This document shows positions 20,219 through 31,053 of a stretch of DNA of 59,484 bases, in pieces (the stretch's first letter is position 1; each line of letters opens with the position of its first letter). Made by a program: the position numbers and the translations under genes. A model generated the notes under the pieces. That model did no database searches. It was not told the DNA's origin and saw nothing but the letters and a program-made list of their open reading frames with translations. The DNA comes from Trichomonas gallinae. Taxonomy: Eukaryota. Location of the stretch: positions 1 through 59,484 of the forward strand of contig MRSU01004812.1 of the NCBI GenBank assembly GCA_008369845.1. The letters run 5' to 3'.

Positions 20219-22594
20219 TCATTTCTTTTTGAATCGAGGAGATTTGCTTTCTGCTGGTAATTCTGGTGATTTTATCACTTGCTTCAAGTCTGGTGATAAA
20301 TTCTTGATTGTTTGTGATAAAATTTCAATATCTTTGGATTGTTTCTTTGGAGTCTCATTTCCTTGTGTTTCTGTTTCTTCTTTCGTAGTTATGGATGATT
20401 TTAGCTTGATTTCTGGCTCGAATATATCCATTTTGATTTTTTCTGGTCTTCGAATTCTTTCGCATAAATCATCGATGACAAATTTCTTTTCTTCGAACAA
20501 AACCTGAAGCTTTGGGCGAGTTCTTGTAATATCCAATGCGCGCACAAGAGCATTCACTGATGTCTTGAAGTCCTTGAACACGTAGATTTCGCCTTCTATT
20601 GGCTTCAACCAGTCGTTTTTCACGAAGAATGTTGCTTCTCCCATTGTTCGAAATTCCGGAACTAATTCGTTGTACTTTTGTGCCCATGTGTGCGCACTCA
20701 TGACTGTGAGAAGTGAGTTATCTCTGTGTAGCTTCCATAGCAGCCTTGAACGCAAAATTTTCGCGTTTTCTTGAGTGCGATTTGTCAGTTCATCTTCTGA
20801 ATGCAATTGATGCGATTCTTCTTTTTCTTCGTAGTCTGCAGCTGTTTTGAATACATCGAAGTTGACCTGTTGATGTATAGCAAGCAAAAACAATCTCGCT
20901 AATGGACTCATTCTCATGTTTTCACCGATTTTCTTCTTGTGATTTAGTTTAAGAATTCTTCCATTTTGGGCAAGTTTTTGTGCAAGAATTGATAGTTCTA
21001 GAGATAATCCGATTCCGTTCGGGAAGATATTTTCTGCTTCATCTGGACTCCTAAGCATCGTCAATGTCCCATAAGCGAGTTCTGCATCGTGTGTCAAGTT
21101 TTCATGGAATTTAACAAAGATTCTAAATTGTTTTCTTCGTTTTATTATGTTTATCCAGAGTTTGAATGCTAAAATGTGGAATGCTAAGTCGAAATTGCCT
21201 GAAACAGCGTAGATGAGCATATATGCGAGTAGAGGCTTCCTTTGGACTGTCAATGATGTGTTCAAATATTTGATGCGACGCCTGCGAGCGACGAAAGCCC
21301 AGCCGTTCAATGCCCTAAATAACCTGAATTTTGATGACGATCTCCTTGAAAATCTGTCGATTTCATTAAAGAAAGAGTGCTTGAATGTCCTTTTATACCA
21401 TCTCTTGATGAATTCTCTAACGAAATTCTTGAGTTTTTTCTTCTCATTGATGATATTTACCCAATTTACTAAAACTTTCGTCATCAAAGAATCGTTTTTG
21501 AATTTAATCATGCTAGGAATAACTACACATCTGTTTTTGCTTGTTTTATAATATGTAAACAAAGCACTCAAACTTCTCTTTGCAAGTTTTGTGTTGTATT
21601 GGATTGCAGACTGATATTGCAATTTTCGAATTTTGTTTAATTTGGTTTGAGTTGCAAGCCAAACTGGAACTTTATCATGATCTAGAACTATAATGCTTGG
21701 CGTCTTTGTTATATCTGATTTTGTTTTTATTTGAGAATAATTTGTTAAATTCTTCCATAGATTAAAACAAACAAAAGCAGATTTAAACTTAGCAATTTTG
21801 TTATTTGTTGATTCTGAAAATATAAGATTTGTTCTTTGAGCTTCTTTTTTGTGTGCAAAATTCTTCCAACCTGTTAAAATCTTGAGTAAACATGGTTTGT
21901 TGCATGTAAAAATGAACTTGTATAGGTTTTTGTGTGTGTATGAATTAGGAACAAACACTTCTCCGCTTATATAAAAATATCTGAATGGAGAAACTTGTCT
22001 ATCTTTAAGAACATATTTAACAAATGGAAGGAAATTGAGGAGCTGATCGTAAGATCTATGTAATTTCAGTGTGTTTTTGATACTAGAAAGCTTCCAAATG
22101 ATAATAATAAAATGTTTTAATCTTTCATTTTGTTTCATGCGTATTTTAAGGAACTTTTTAGTATGTGTTCTAGATTTTGATTGTCTGAATGCTCTTTGAA
22201 TGATAGAAGCTTGAGTATCAAGAAAATCGTTTTGAATTATTCCGCGAATGTAGTCTTCTGCGATAGTCTTAGACTGTTTATCTTGATCTATGTAGCTCTG
22301 ATCGAGTACTTTTACTGATTTAATTTGAGGTTTTTTGATTAAATAATTTGGATTTTTCGAATTTTTGATCATTTGCATTAAATTCATATTAGGACGTGCT
22401 GAATACGAATTTTGTGGTATATTGTCGTATAGATTTTGTCCTTCGTTGTATATTGATTGATATCCAGCTCTCGGCGAATAATATGTTTGTTTAAATTGAT
22501 TCTTGTATGGACTAGAATACTTCTTATCGGCAAGCTTCTGAGTTCCCTCTAAATCGAGGGAAGGAACTTGGCGATTCGGTTGTAAATTTGTTAT
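20219..22594 (-). CDS. IQ-motif and Sfi1-like (centrin-binding) repeat protein; start codon uncertain
   Basis: IQ motif ASIIQRAFRQSKSR; repeated hydrophobic-x-x-W-K/R units (LTGWK, FNLWK, LVNWV, IKRWY, LNGWA, FKLWI). Start placed at ATA 22594 (see findings); first ATG is at 22388. Confidence 0.65.
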   Translation of the reverse strand: MTNLQPNRQVPSLDLEGTQKLADKKYSSPYKNQFKQTYYSPRAGYQSIYNEGQNLYDNIPQNSYSARPNMNLMQMIKNSKNPNYLIKKPQIKSVKVLDQSYIDQDKQSKTIAEDYIRGIIQNDFLDTQASIIQRAFRQSKSRTHTKKFLKIRMKQNERLKHFIIIIWKLSSIKNTLKLHRSYDQLLNFLPFVKYVLKDRQVSPFRYFYISGEVFVPNSYTHKNLYKFIFTCNKPCLLKILTGWKNFAHKKEAQRTNLIFSESTNNKIAKFKSAFVCFNLWKNLTNYSQIKTKSDITKTPSIIVLDHDKVPVWLATQTKLNKIRKLQYQSAIQYNTKLAKRSLSALFTYYKTSKNRCVVIPSMIKFKNDSLMTKVLVNWVNIINEKKKLKNFVREFIKRWYKRTFKHSFFNEIDRFSRRSSSKFRLFRALNGWAFVARRRRIKYLNTSLTVQRKPLLAYMLIYAVSGNFDLAFHILAFKLWINIIKRRKQFRIFVKFHENLTHDAELAYGTLTMLRSPDEAENIFPNGIGLSLELSILAQKLAQNGRILKLNHKKKIGENMRMSPLARLFLLAIHQQVNFDVFKTAADYEEKEESHQLHSEDELTNRTQENAKILRSRLLWKLHRDNSLLTVMSAHTWAQKYNELVPEFRTMGEATFFVKNDWLKPIEGEIYVFKDFKTSVNALVRALDITRTRPKLQVLFEEKKFVIDDLCERIRRPEKIKMDIFEPEIKLKSSITTKEETETQGNETPKKQSKDIEILSQTIKNLSPDLKQVIKSPELPAESKSPRFKKK

Positions 22595-22801
22595 TGCAGA
22601 AAAAATGACGTTTGTCAATTCCCTAAAATCGATATAATGTGCAATCAACTAATATTAATAATTTGCACTGAAAAAATGTCAAATCTCCGTAAAGAAGATC
22701 GAGATTTTGTATAATTTTGGCTATAATTTTAAATTTAACATTTAATTGATGTATACTTTTAAAATATCAAAGAATTTTTCAGTTTTGAAAAATCTCGTTA
22801 T

Positions 22802-22880
22802 TAAATTTTTGACAATTGACACATAAATCCATAAATTTTTGACAATTGACAAATAAATACATAAATTTTGACAGTTGGCA
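22802..22880. repeat. Tandem repeat, 30-bp unit x about 2.6 (TAAATTTTTGACAATTGACA(C/A)ATAAAT(C/A)CA)
   Basis: Seen directly; units start at 22802, 22832 and 22862. Confidence 0.85.
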
Positions 22881-23214
22881 GGTTAATATCTTTATCATTC
22901 AAGCTGCTATTGATGGATTCAGTTGACACACTATTTTTTATTCCATTGATATACTAAGCTAATATCAAACCTATGCATAATTAAAATTGATTCAACTCAA
23001 ATTTCAAAAAAACTTTGAGATAATTATAAAATTATTGACAAAACATTTGTCTACTTTATTTGCTATACCAAAACTAGGTTTTATGAACTAAGAATTTAGC
23101 TGTTATATAATCTATCATTATAATGATATTGCAAAAAAAAAATTACTAAGAGCTATTGAATAAATTATCGAACATAATTGTTTAAATAACAAAATAACAT
23201 AATAAAAACAAAAT

Positions 23215-24402
23215 CTACAGCAAATTAATTACATCCGCGTTCTGCCTCTCAACATATTTGACTTTCTTGTTGAGTCTGTCGAACAAATCGTAATTATTTC
23301 CTTGCCTGCTCTCGAATAACTGCAAGTCATCACGCAATGTATGTGCTAAATGAATTGTCAGCTGGCAAAGATCGCTGTGTCTTTTAGGAACAATCCACTC
23401 TTTCTTCGAAATCTGAATTGATGATTTCAAAGCAAGTCTCATCTTATCTATTCTGTTTTGCTTTGCAGTCTTATATTCCTTGATATATTTACATGTTGAA
23501 TTATTAGAATTTTGTTCAAAATCATTGATCTGATTGACTTTTGAGATATATTGATCATTTACTCTTTGAAACTCAATATTTTTCTGTGAAAGGATTTCTT
23601 TGGTTAGTTTTACTTGTTCTTTTAACTGATCTGTGTTCAAACTTTGCTTTGATTCATTAATAGACTTAAATTTAGCAATTATTCCCTTTTGGAGCTCAAA
23701 AAGGGACTTTGGATCAGCAATTTTCGTGTTTATCCTTTTAACTGTTTTTGCGATATATGGATCTAATTCTCTTGCTTTCATTCTAAGCAGATCTTCGATT
23801 GATTTTGGATTTGATCTATTTTTTGTAATTCTGTTCAAATCTGATAGTATTTTCGTGTATTCAGCTTCTTTGGTCCTGATATTTGTCTTAATTTGCGATG
23901 TTTCTTGTATGATTTTCTTTGCTTTATCAACAGTTTTGCTAGCGACAGAATTAAGATCTAAAATGTCATTTTTATAAGTGCTTGCTAGTTGTTGAGAGCT
24001 CTTGAGCTCGCTCTCAAGTATTTTTCGCTCAGATAAAACTTTTATCTTTAAATCTTCGTATTCTTTGCGCAAACTGTTTACTCTTGTATTAAGATTTGCA
24101 ATTTGATCAATGATTTCGTCTTGACTCATCTGTGCACCGAGAATTTCACATAATCTCCTCATTACGCGATTATAGTTTGCATTTGCAACATTTTTAGCAT
24201 TCTCTGCACATATAATATCATCTTTTAATGTTTCAATGTTTCTATTGTAAGTTTCTTTTTCTTTTTTGAGTTGAATATTCGTTTTCTTGAGTTCTTCGAT
24301 TTCCCTCATATTCTCATATCCTGAAGATGTTGTGTCTGATTTGATATTCGATGATAAATCGTGGATTAATAATTCACGTCGCGTTGAAACTGCAAGCGAC
24401 AT
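23215..24402 (-). CDS. Coiled-coil hypothetical protein
   Basis: 395-aa ORF with heptad pattern; Inr TCATTT immediately upstream. Confidence 0.8.
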   Translation of the reverse strand: MSLAVSTRRELLIHDLSSNIKSDTTSSGYENMREIEELKKTNIQLKKEKETYNRNIETLKDDIICAENAKNVANANYNRVMRRLCEILGAQMSQDEIIDQIANLNTRVNSLRKEYEDLKIKVLSERKILESELKSSQQLASTYKNDILDLNSVASKTVDKAKKIIQETSQIKTNIRTKEAEYTKILSDLNRITKNRSNPKSIEDLLRMKARELDPYIAKTVKRINTKIADPKSLFELQKGIIAKFKSINESKQSLNTDQLKEQVKLTKEILSQKNIEFQRVNDQYISKVNQINDFEQNSNNSTCKYIKEYKTAKQNRIDKMRLALKSSIQISKKEWIVPKRHSDLCQLTIHLAHTLRDDLQLFESRQGNNYDLFDRLNKKVKYVERQNADVINLL

Positions 24403-25089
24403 GAAATGAACGTTTATTATTTAAATCTCAGCAAAAATCATTAATATGATATCTACACATTCAATATAACACTTTTTGTCATATAACAAACTTGCGATTC
24501 GAATGAAATAAAATCATCAAAAATCAAACCTCATTATTGATTATTGAAAGATGAATATTAACATGTATACTAACTTTAATATGTAAATGCATTGTTTAAA
24601 CTCAATAAAATTGAAATAATTAATTCATGAAATTTATTTGAAGTTCAGCAATGCAACAATGTAAGAGATTGCGAACATCAGTTAGTTCTTTCCAAAACAA
24701 AATGTAATTTAGGAATAACCAATAACAAATTCTGAAGTCGAAAAATAACTCAAATTAAATGAACAGTAAGTAATATATAGAAACTACAGATGCAAAAAGA
24801 AAATGTTTTATTCTTTATTATGTGTAATTTTTTAATATTTTATTTTCAATTTTAAATTTTCTAAATATCAATTTTGATATATTTGAATTAAAGCTTGTGG
24901 CTGTTTTAAAATCGTGTAAAAGATGTATGTAGTCTTTTAACGAATAAAATATTTCAATCAAATTTAATCAACATGATTAACCAAAAAGAATTGTAGCACT
25001 TGATACTAGTTCTAAATTAAGTACATTTATTATACAGAATAATGAAAATAATGAAAACAATAACAATTCAAAATACTGAAAGTCAAAAT

Positions 25090-26043
25090 CTACTTCGTAT
25101 GACAGTTAATATGTATCTTGTTGGCCTTGGAATTCAACAGCGCAGCTTGATTCGCTAAACTAATGTTAACCTTATTCTTTTGTACTTTTGGTTTAACAAT
25201 CAAGTTATTGCTGCGTGTACTTGGACTGTTAAGGCTTACTCTGTCGGTCGATTTAGTGATCACGCTCATGAAATAGGGCATCTGTAATATTTCGAGTGTA
25301 TCTGGTCTGTTATTTGGATCAATATCGAGACATTTTCTGATAACAGCGCGAAGCTCAAAGTCAGGTATCTTAGTTTCATTATAAACACCGCTTTGAATCT
25401 TTTCTTGTAAAGTATAAGGATCGTCTGCTTGGAATGGATAAAGACTAGTAGCAACATAATACATTGTTACTCCTAGTGACCATATATCCGCTTTCAAAGG
25501 ATTGTATTCTTCCTGCGAAAAAACCTCAGGCGCTTGAAATGTTTTTGTTCCTCCGCGATTAACAGCTACTGGATTATCGCCACATATAAAACCTTTACTA
25601 AAATCGCTGATTTTGACTCTGTTGTAACGATCAATTAAAAAATTCGAAGGTTTGATATCACAGTGTGCAATTCCGTTATCATGGCAAGCTTTCACAGATC
25701 GAACGGCATAGAATAGAAGCTGCTGTACCTCCTCGCCTCTAAGACTCCTTTTTTCTTTGACTAATGTGTCTAAATCTTTTGGACAATACTCCATCATTAA
25801 GTAACTAAACCCCTGAAACTTGTATATTTGATATAAACTCACGATATTAGGATCATTGAACGCTTCTAAACATTGTATTTCCGATTCTTTTAGCATCTCA
25901 TCAGGAATTTTTTTCAGGGCGAACGACATTTTGTAATTAGGCGAATATACCTGGTATATAACACCGCGCGAAAGGTGCGTGATCAAGTCCTGATACATTA
26001 CGCCTATAGATTCTAAAAATTGGGATTCTGTTTGGATACTCAT
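25090..26043 (-). CDS. CAMK-family protein kinase with DFG changed to DFS and a degenerate Gly loop
   Basis: FALKK, HCDIKPSN, ISDFS, APE, DIWSLG. Confidence 0.9.
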   Translation of the reverse strand: MSIQTESQFLESIGVMYQDLITHLSRGVIYQVYSPNYKMSFALKKIPDEMLKESEIQCLEAFNDPNIVSLYQIYKFQGFSYLMMEYCPKDLDTLVKEKRSLRGEEVQQLLFYAVRSVKACHDNGIAHCDIKPSNFLIDRYNRVKISDFSKGFICGDNPVAVNRGGTKTFQAPEVFSQEEYNPLKADIWSLGVTMYYVATSLYPFQADDPYTLQEKIQSGVYNETKIPDFELRAVIRKCLDIDPNNRPDTLEILQMPYFMSVITKSTDRVSLNSPSTRSNNLIVKPKVQKNKVNISLANQAALLNSKANKIHINCHTK

Positions 26044-26899
26044 ATATTAAAATAATTTTTTCTCTCAAATTTTCAATGAGAAATATGTTCGGTTTTTCAT
26101 GCTTAGAAATCTGTATATTGCATGATTTTTGATTTGTTCTAAAAACGAAACGTTATTGAGAATTTTGATTTGTCATTCTTATTAGAATAATAAATTCATT
26201 TTACGAGTGTAAAACTGCGATGAATTCAATCAAAATTTTTCAATGCAAACAATAAATTTATTTACAATTGATGAAATGTTACTCTTAAGATAATATTCGA
26301 TATTATCGAAACAGTTTTATTTTATAGGCGCGAACAATAATGAATATTTATATTATGCTGTTTTCGATAATCAGATTATTTCCATTTTATGAAACATTTG
26401 AATTTTGAATTGATAATAATCGTAATGTAGCAATTTTACGTTTTTGGAGAGCGCATAATAAAACTGTATATAACAGAATTATAGTAAAATCATTAAATTG
26501 GAAATGTCACTTTTTACACTCAATTTCGAAATTCTTTTACATATTATAGTAAGTGTGCAGATAACTTTCTTGGTGAATGTCACTTTTAATACTGTAGGAG
26601 TAATAATTAACAAATTGAAACTCTTCATAAAATTTGAATGTTCAATCTAAATTTTATATATTGTCACTTTTATCGATAAATTGAATTTGGAAATAATTTC
26701 AATACTAAATTTATGTCACTTTTAACGAATTTAATTTCCTTTTTCTTAGTGTATAATCGCATTTTCACATTGTTTGAATCACAAATTTCCAATTATTTTG
26801 GAAAATTAAAAATATTTTGCTACTATTTTTGAGATTTTTTAAAATATAGATTCAGCTTCATATATACAATAAGTTCTTATTAACTTAAAAAAATTCGAT

Positions 26900-27709
26900 G
26901 AAATGTGAAAAAAAAAAGTTCTCTAACATGAAATATATGATTATTGATAGTGAACGGAATAAAATTACACGAATACTCTTTGTTTTTGTTGACTATAAAT
27001 TGATCCATGAAAATCATTCTTTGATTTTGTAATGCTATTTCGCTATTATTGTCTTCACAAATGCGCAAATATTTTGTTTATCGAGTTTATGATGAATTAT
27101 TTTGATTCTGAATAGGTCTTATCACATATTAACAGTAATATTCATCGATACTGCATACCCGAACTACATTTATTATACTAGAACCACAATAATGCTGATG
27201 ATTTTAAGAGTGCTCTAGAATATCACAATTTTCAATATGATCAATAAAATTGATTAGCAAAAATAATCATGTTGATTAAAAATATAGCATAAAATTCTCA
27301 AAGCACTTTAGAATTTGTTGGTTATGCAAAGATCCTTTGAAATGAAAAAAAATGAATAATTATATTAATTTAATAAGCTAAAACATATGCTACGTATTGT
27401 ATATATTGCAAACTATATGTATGTAAAAAGAATGAACTAGTTTAATCTAGAACCAGCTTTGATGAAATCAACCAAAAAATATTATCAATGTGTGTGTAAA
27501 GATACGTGATAGCAATAAGTAGCTTTAACAATGCTATTTTATCTAATTTTTCAATATAACATCGCTGTAAATATTTGCTTTGAAATAAAATTAAACAAAA
27601 TTTTATATAATTAGGAGGAATGCTTCTGGCAGTCATTAAAAATCGTTTGATTTTTGATTTAATATCCAATGTTGTATTTCTCGACTTTCGAATTTTCGAA
27701 ATTTGTCAT
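26900..27709 (-). pseudogene. Decayed DUF3447/ankyrin-like gene relic (boundaries approximate)
   Basis: ATG at 27709 (MTNFENSK...); broken frames include FTYI*FAIYTIRSICFSLLN, resembling PTYIQYAAFHGSLKCFKFLLLN of the 51653-53326 gene. Confidence 0.3.
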
Positions 27710-27716
27710 TTTTAAT

Positions 27717-27792
27717 TTTACTTGTCAAATGTATATTTTACGTGTCATTTACTGATTATAATTTTACGTGACAAATAATAATTTACTTGTCA
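27717..27792 (+). promoter_or_regulatory. Four TTTAC(T/G)TG(T/A)CA copies upstream of the Vps18-like gene
   Basis: Copies at 27717, 27737, 27763 and 27782, followed by Inr TCATT and the ATG at 27810. Confidence 0.6.
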
Positions 27793-27809
27793 AACAGGTT
27801 CATTAAATA

Positions 27810-30161
27810 ATGTCAAGTTCGATTTACTCCTTATCCCAAGTATACGGCTGGGATTTTGATAGTGATTTTAAAACTATTGAAACAGGCAAGAAGTATATTT
27901 GGGCAACATTGGAAAACAAAACGCTGGTTATGATCGATCGTTCCGATTACAAAAAAGTACAAAGAATTCGCCTACACCAACAGCAAACTTCACTTCCAAA
28001 ATTAGTTGTCGACAAGATAGGAGATAATTGTGCCATTATTTACGAAAATGGAGATGTTTATCATGTATCAAGTGAATTCTTTTCATTTACAGAACTCAAA
28101 TATCCTAGGAGCTCCATAGCAACATGTGGAACCTGGGTTGAATATTCGAACAAGACAAGTTTAATCTTATGTACTGCACGCGGCGAAGTTTTACAGATCC
28201 ATCTCAAATCTTTAGGTAGGTGTGGCTTCATATATGCATTGCCAAAGCCAGAACGAATCAATGCCATTACAATTCTCACCGGCGAAATTACATTTATTTT
28301 CCTTATGATGCAGAACAGAATTATCTACTTCCACGGCACCGAATCACTCGAAATAGTGTTCTCAAATGGTGCAGCAAACCACTACTTCATGTTATCGCCA
28401 GGAACACCAGAAATAAAACGTCCAATACAAACAGCTCCGAATGCTGATGAAAACTGTAGATTAGTCACACCTTATGCGAACGGAATCATGATTTTCGAGG
28501 CAGTCAATACTGACAATGCCGCCAAAGTTTCTTTCTCGCAGACTTTCATCGCGCAAAATGCAAGAGAAAAACTGCAAACTCTCGATGTGATAAAATGGGG
28601 AGTTTTAGTATCATATAAGAGTTTCGTTTGCTTCTATTCTTTCGCGGGAACACAAGCGATCGTCAATTTCCCAGATACACACTATGTATATGGTGACGAG
28701 AAAGAGTTAATCCTGTGCAATGGCGTTCAATTATGCGTCACAAACATGAAAATCTTCAGAGAATTCGTAGCAATGGAAGCAATCGAAAAAGGTGACTATG
28801 AATTGGCCGAATTCATCGGAAAAGGTGTTATCGACATCGACAAGATTTTGTTCGACAAGCTAATCAAAATGAAACCAGAGACAGCATCAGAAATTATCAC
28901 GAAGAAGAATTTCACTTTAGAAGAGATTTTGGTCAAATTTAAAGGAAAATCTAAGATTTTAATTGCTTGTTTAGAGAAATTCGCTGAAAAAGTTCCGAAA
29001 TCTAAGCCGAAGCAGAAACTGGTTATTTACCACTTGATATTGAGTTTCTACTGCTTCATTTATCCGAAGAGCAAATCGAAAATGGTCGAATTCATAACTA
29101 AAAATAAAAGAGAATTAAATTTCGACAAAGCATTGGACCAATTGCGCGAATTTGAGATCTACGAAGGAATTGAAGCCCTTTGTGATCCTAAATCAGACAA
29201 AGAATCACTCATAGACTTATATATCGCGAGAAGAGAAACTCCGAAAATTTTCGAAATCATAAATCAAGAATTCGACGAACAATTCATCCAGCACGTTTTA
29301 ATCAGAGTCCTTCCATTCGCTAAACATGAAATAGGCAGATTCTTGGAGGCAAACAGAGTAATAAGATATAGTGTTTTGCTTCCAATTCTCGCAACAGACC
29401 CGAATTTCGTTTTACAAGGAATTACGTCAGATTTGCCAAACTCTGACACTGACACTTTAGTTTACATGGCATATTCATCATTGGGCATGGATGACAGAAT
29501 CATCAAGAAGATGTCACGCGGTTATAGCGACGCCGCATTTTTGCTGAGAACTTGCATGAAATATGATTTACTTGGTTCAGTATCAAGACTTTGGCTCGAT
29601 TTAGGTAAGATAGAATTAGCGATCGAATATGCGATGAAGAAGGATGATAAGAATGGTGCCAATTCTATTATTAACTCATTATACAAACCGGAAGAAAGGA
29701 GGAGAGCTTGGCTTAAAGTGCTGCAGTTGACAGCAGATGAAGACAAGAAGAAAGTTATAGATCAGATGTTAAAGAACAAGATTTTCTCGTTCGACGAATT
29801 AATTGAATTTGTCAATTCTGACGAATTGACGGCCATGTACACAGACTTGCTTTTAGAGACAGCAGAGGCGTGCATGAAGCAATCTGCGTTCGAAAATCAC
29901 AAAACATATGATGAAAAACCAAAACATAGGAATATTTCACTTACTTTTAACAGTGAGTGCTGCCTATGTGGTGAAATGCTTGCAGGTTCATCATTTGTTG
30001 CGTTCCAGTGCGGCCATTTGTGCCATGCTGATTGCGTTAAGAAATTCTATGATTATTATGTTGAAAAGGATATTATTTATAACACTGATTCATTCTCTGT
30101 TGAAGATTCGTGTCCAATATGCGGCTATGTTTCGATTTCATCAATCATGGAATCATACTAA
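27810..30161 (+). CDS. VPS18: Vps18/Pep3-like HOPS/CORVET subunit (propeller, alpha-solenoid, RING-H2)
   Basis: C-terminal CCLCGEML...FVAFQCGHLCHADC...DSCPICG; RRRAWLKV solenoid motif; overall architecture. Confidence 0.75.
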   Translation: MSSSIYSLSQVYGWDFDSDFKTIETGKKYIWATLENKTLVMIDRSDYKKVQRIRLHQQQTSLPKLVVDKIGDNCAIIYENGDVYHVSSEFFSFTELKYPRSSIATCGTWVEYSNKTSLILCTARGEVLQIHLKSLGRCGFIYALPKPERINAITILTGEITFIFLMMQNRIIYFHGTESLEIVFSNGAANHYFMLSPGTPEIKRPIQTAPNADENCRLVTPYANGIMIFEAVNTDNAAKVSFSQTFIAQNAREKLQTLDVIKWGVLVSYKSFVCFYSFAGTQAIVNFPDTHYVYGDEKELILCNGVQLCVTNMKIFREFVAMEAIEKGDYELAEFIGKGVIDIDKILFDKLIKMKPETASEIITKKNFTLEEILVKFKGKSKILIACLEKFAEKVPKSKPKQKLVIYHLILSFYCFIYPKSKSKMVEFITKNKRELNFDKALDQLREFEIYEGIEALCDPKSDKESLIDLYIARRETPKIFEIINQEFDEQFIQHVLIRVLPFAKHEIGRFLEANRVIRYSVLLPILATDPNFVLQGITSDLPNSDTDTLVYMAYSSLGMDDRIIKKMSRGYSDAAFLLRTCMKYDLLGSVSRLWLDLGKIELAIEYAMKKDDKNGANSIINSLYKPEERRRAWLKVLQLTADEDKKKVIDQMLKNKIFSFDELIEFVNSDELTAMYTDLLLETAEACMKQSAFENHKTYDEKPKHRNISLTFNSECCLCGEMLAGSSFVAFQCGHLCHADCVKKFYDYYVEKDIIYNTDSFSVEDSCPICGYVSISSIMESY

Positions 30162-30354
30162 ATAAATTTTGTGTTTATTGATCTTTCATTCAAACAAACA
30201 TCTTTTCATAAACAATATATAACAAATACATGAACAAATTAAAGATAACAAAATGAAAAAAAAAAATGGAAATTAATTAGTATTTGATTTTCTAATTCTC
30301 TATTTGCTACTGTTGATTATATAAGAATAAAAGCATGTGTCTAATGCCATTTTG

Positions 30355-30858
30355 TTATGTTTTTGTTGATTCTGAATTATCAGAATTTTCAGGAACCCTT
30401 GGTTTCTCTAAGAACTTGTCTATTGTTGCAGTTTTCTGTTTTGATGAGAAATATGGTGAAGGATCTAATAGTTTTTGTTGTGCAACACAATCAAAAACAA
30501 ATTCAGGACGAACGACAACAACTTTGCGTTTTTCTATAGACTTATCAAGTTGGTTTCTCTTGCTATGGCATAGATGCTCTGCAATAACATGTGTTACAGC
30601 TGCGCAAACCATCAACACTGTTCTTCCGCCATTTTTCTCGATTAGCTTGGTCATTGCATATCTTGAAGACTCTCCTCTTCCAACATAGCCTAGAATAAAG
30701 AATACACAGTCTTTGAATAAATTAGTTTCAGCAGGAACCATCTGATTCTCGAGTTTCTCGCTTCTATGGTGATAATAATTGGCTACATCGTCCAAATCCT
30801 TAAACTCGTTACTTCTGTTCTCCATAACCCTTCTTCCTCCTCTTCCACTACCTCTCAT
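30355..30858 (-). CDS. Stand-alone Rev1-type BRCT domain protein with N-terminal RG-rich tail
   Basis: YYHHRSEKLENQ...LFKDCVFFILGY...LIEKNGG...VTHVIAEHL...VVRPEFVFDCV...LL. Alternative ATG at 30873. Confidence 0.75.
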   Translation of the reverse strand: MRGSGRGGRRVMENRSNEFKDLDDVANYYHHRSEKLENQMVPAETNLFKDCVFFILGYVGRGESSRYAMTKLIEKNGGRTVLMVCAAVTHVIAEHLCHSKRNQLDKSIEKRKVVVVRPEFVFDCVAQQKLLDPSPYFSSKQKTATIDKFLEKPRVPENSDNSESTKT

Positions 30859-31053
30859 AATTAGAATCTGCATTTGTCATGTAAAGTGTCAGATTTTAAA
30901 ATTTTGATTAGTGAAGAAAGATAGTCAAATTTGTTTTCGAAATGCATGATATTGAATATAACACCAAATATGGTATATTTTGTTGTGTGGAGGCTTAAAA
31001 ATTGATTGATTTCTGAATAACAAAATAATTTTTTATTTCAAAGGAATATTTCA

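Noticed and set aside
22802..22880. CRISPR-like array
   Set aside because: Contiguous units with no unique spacers, no cas genes, eukaryotic context.
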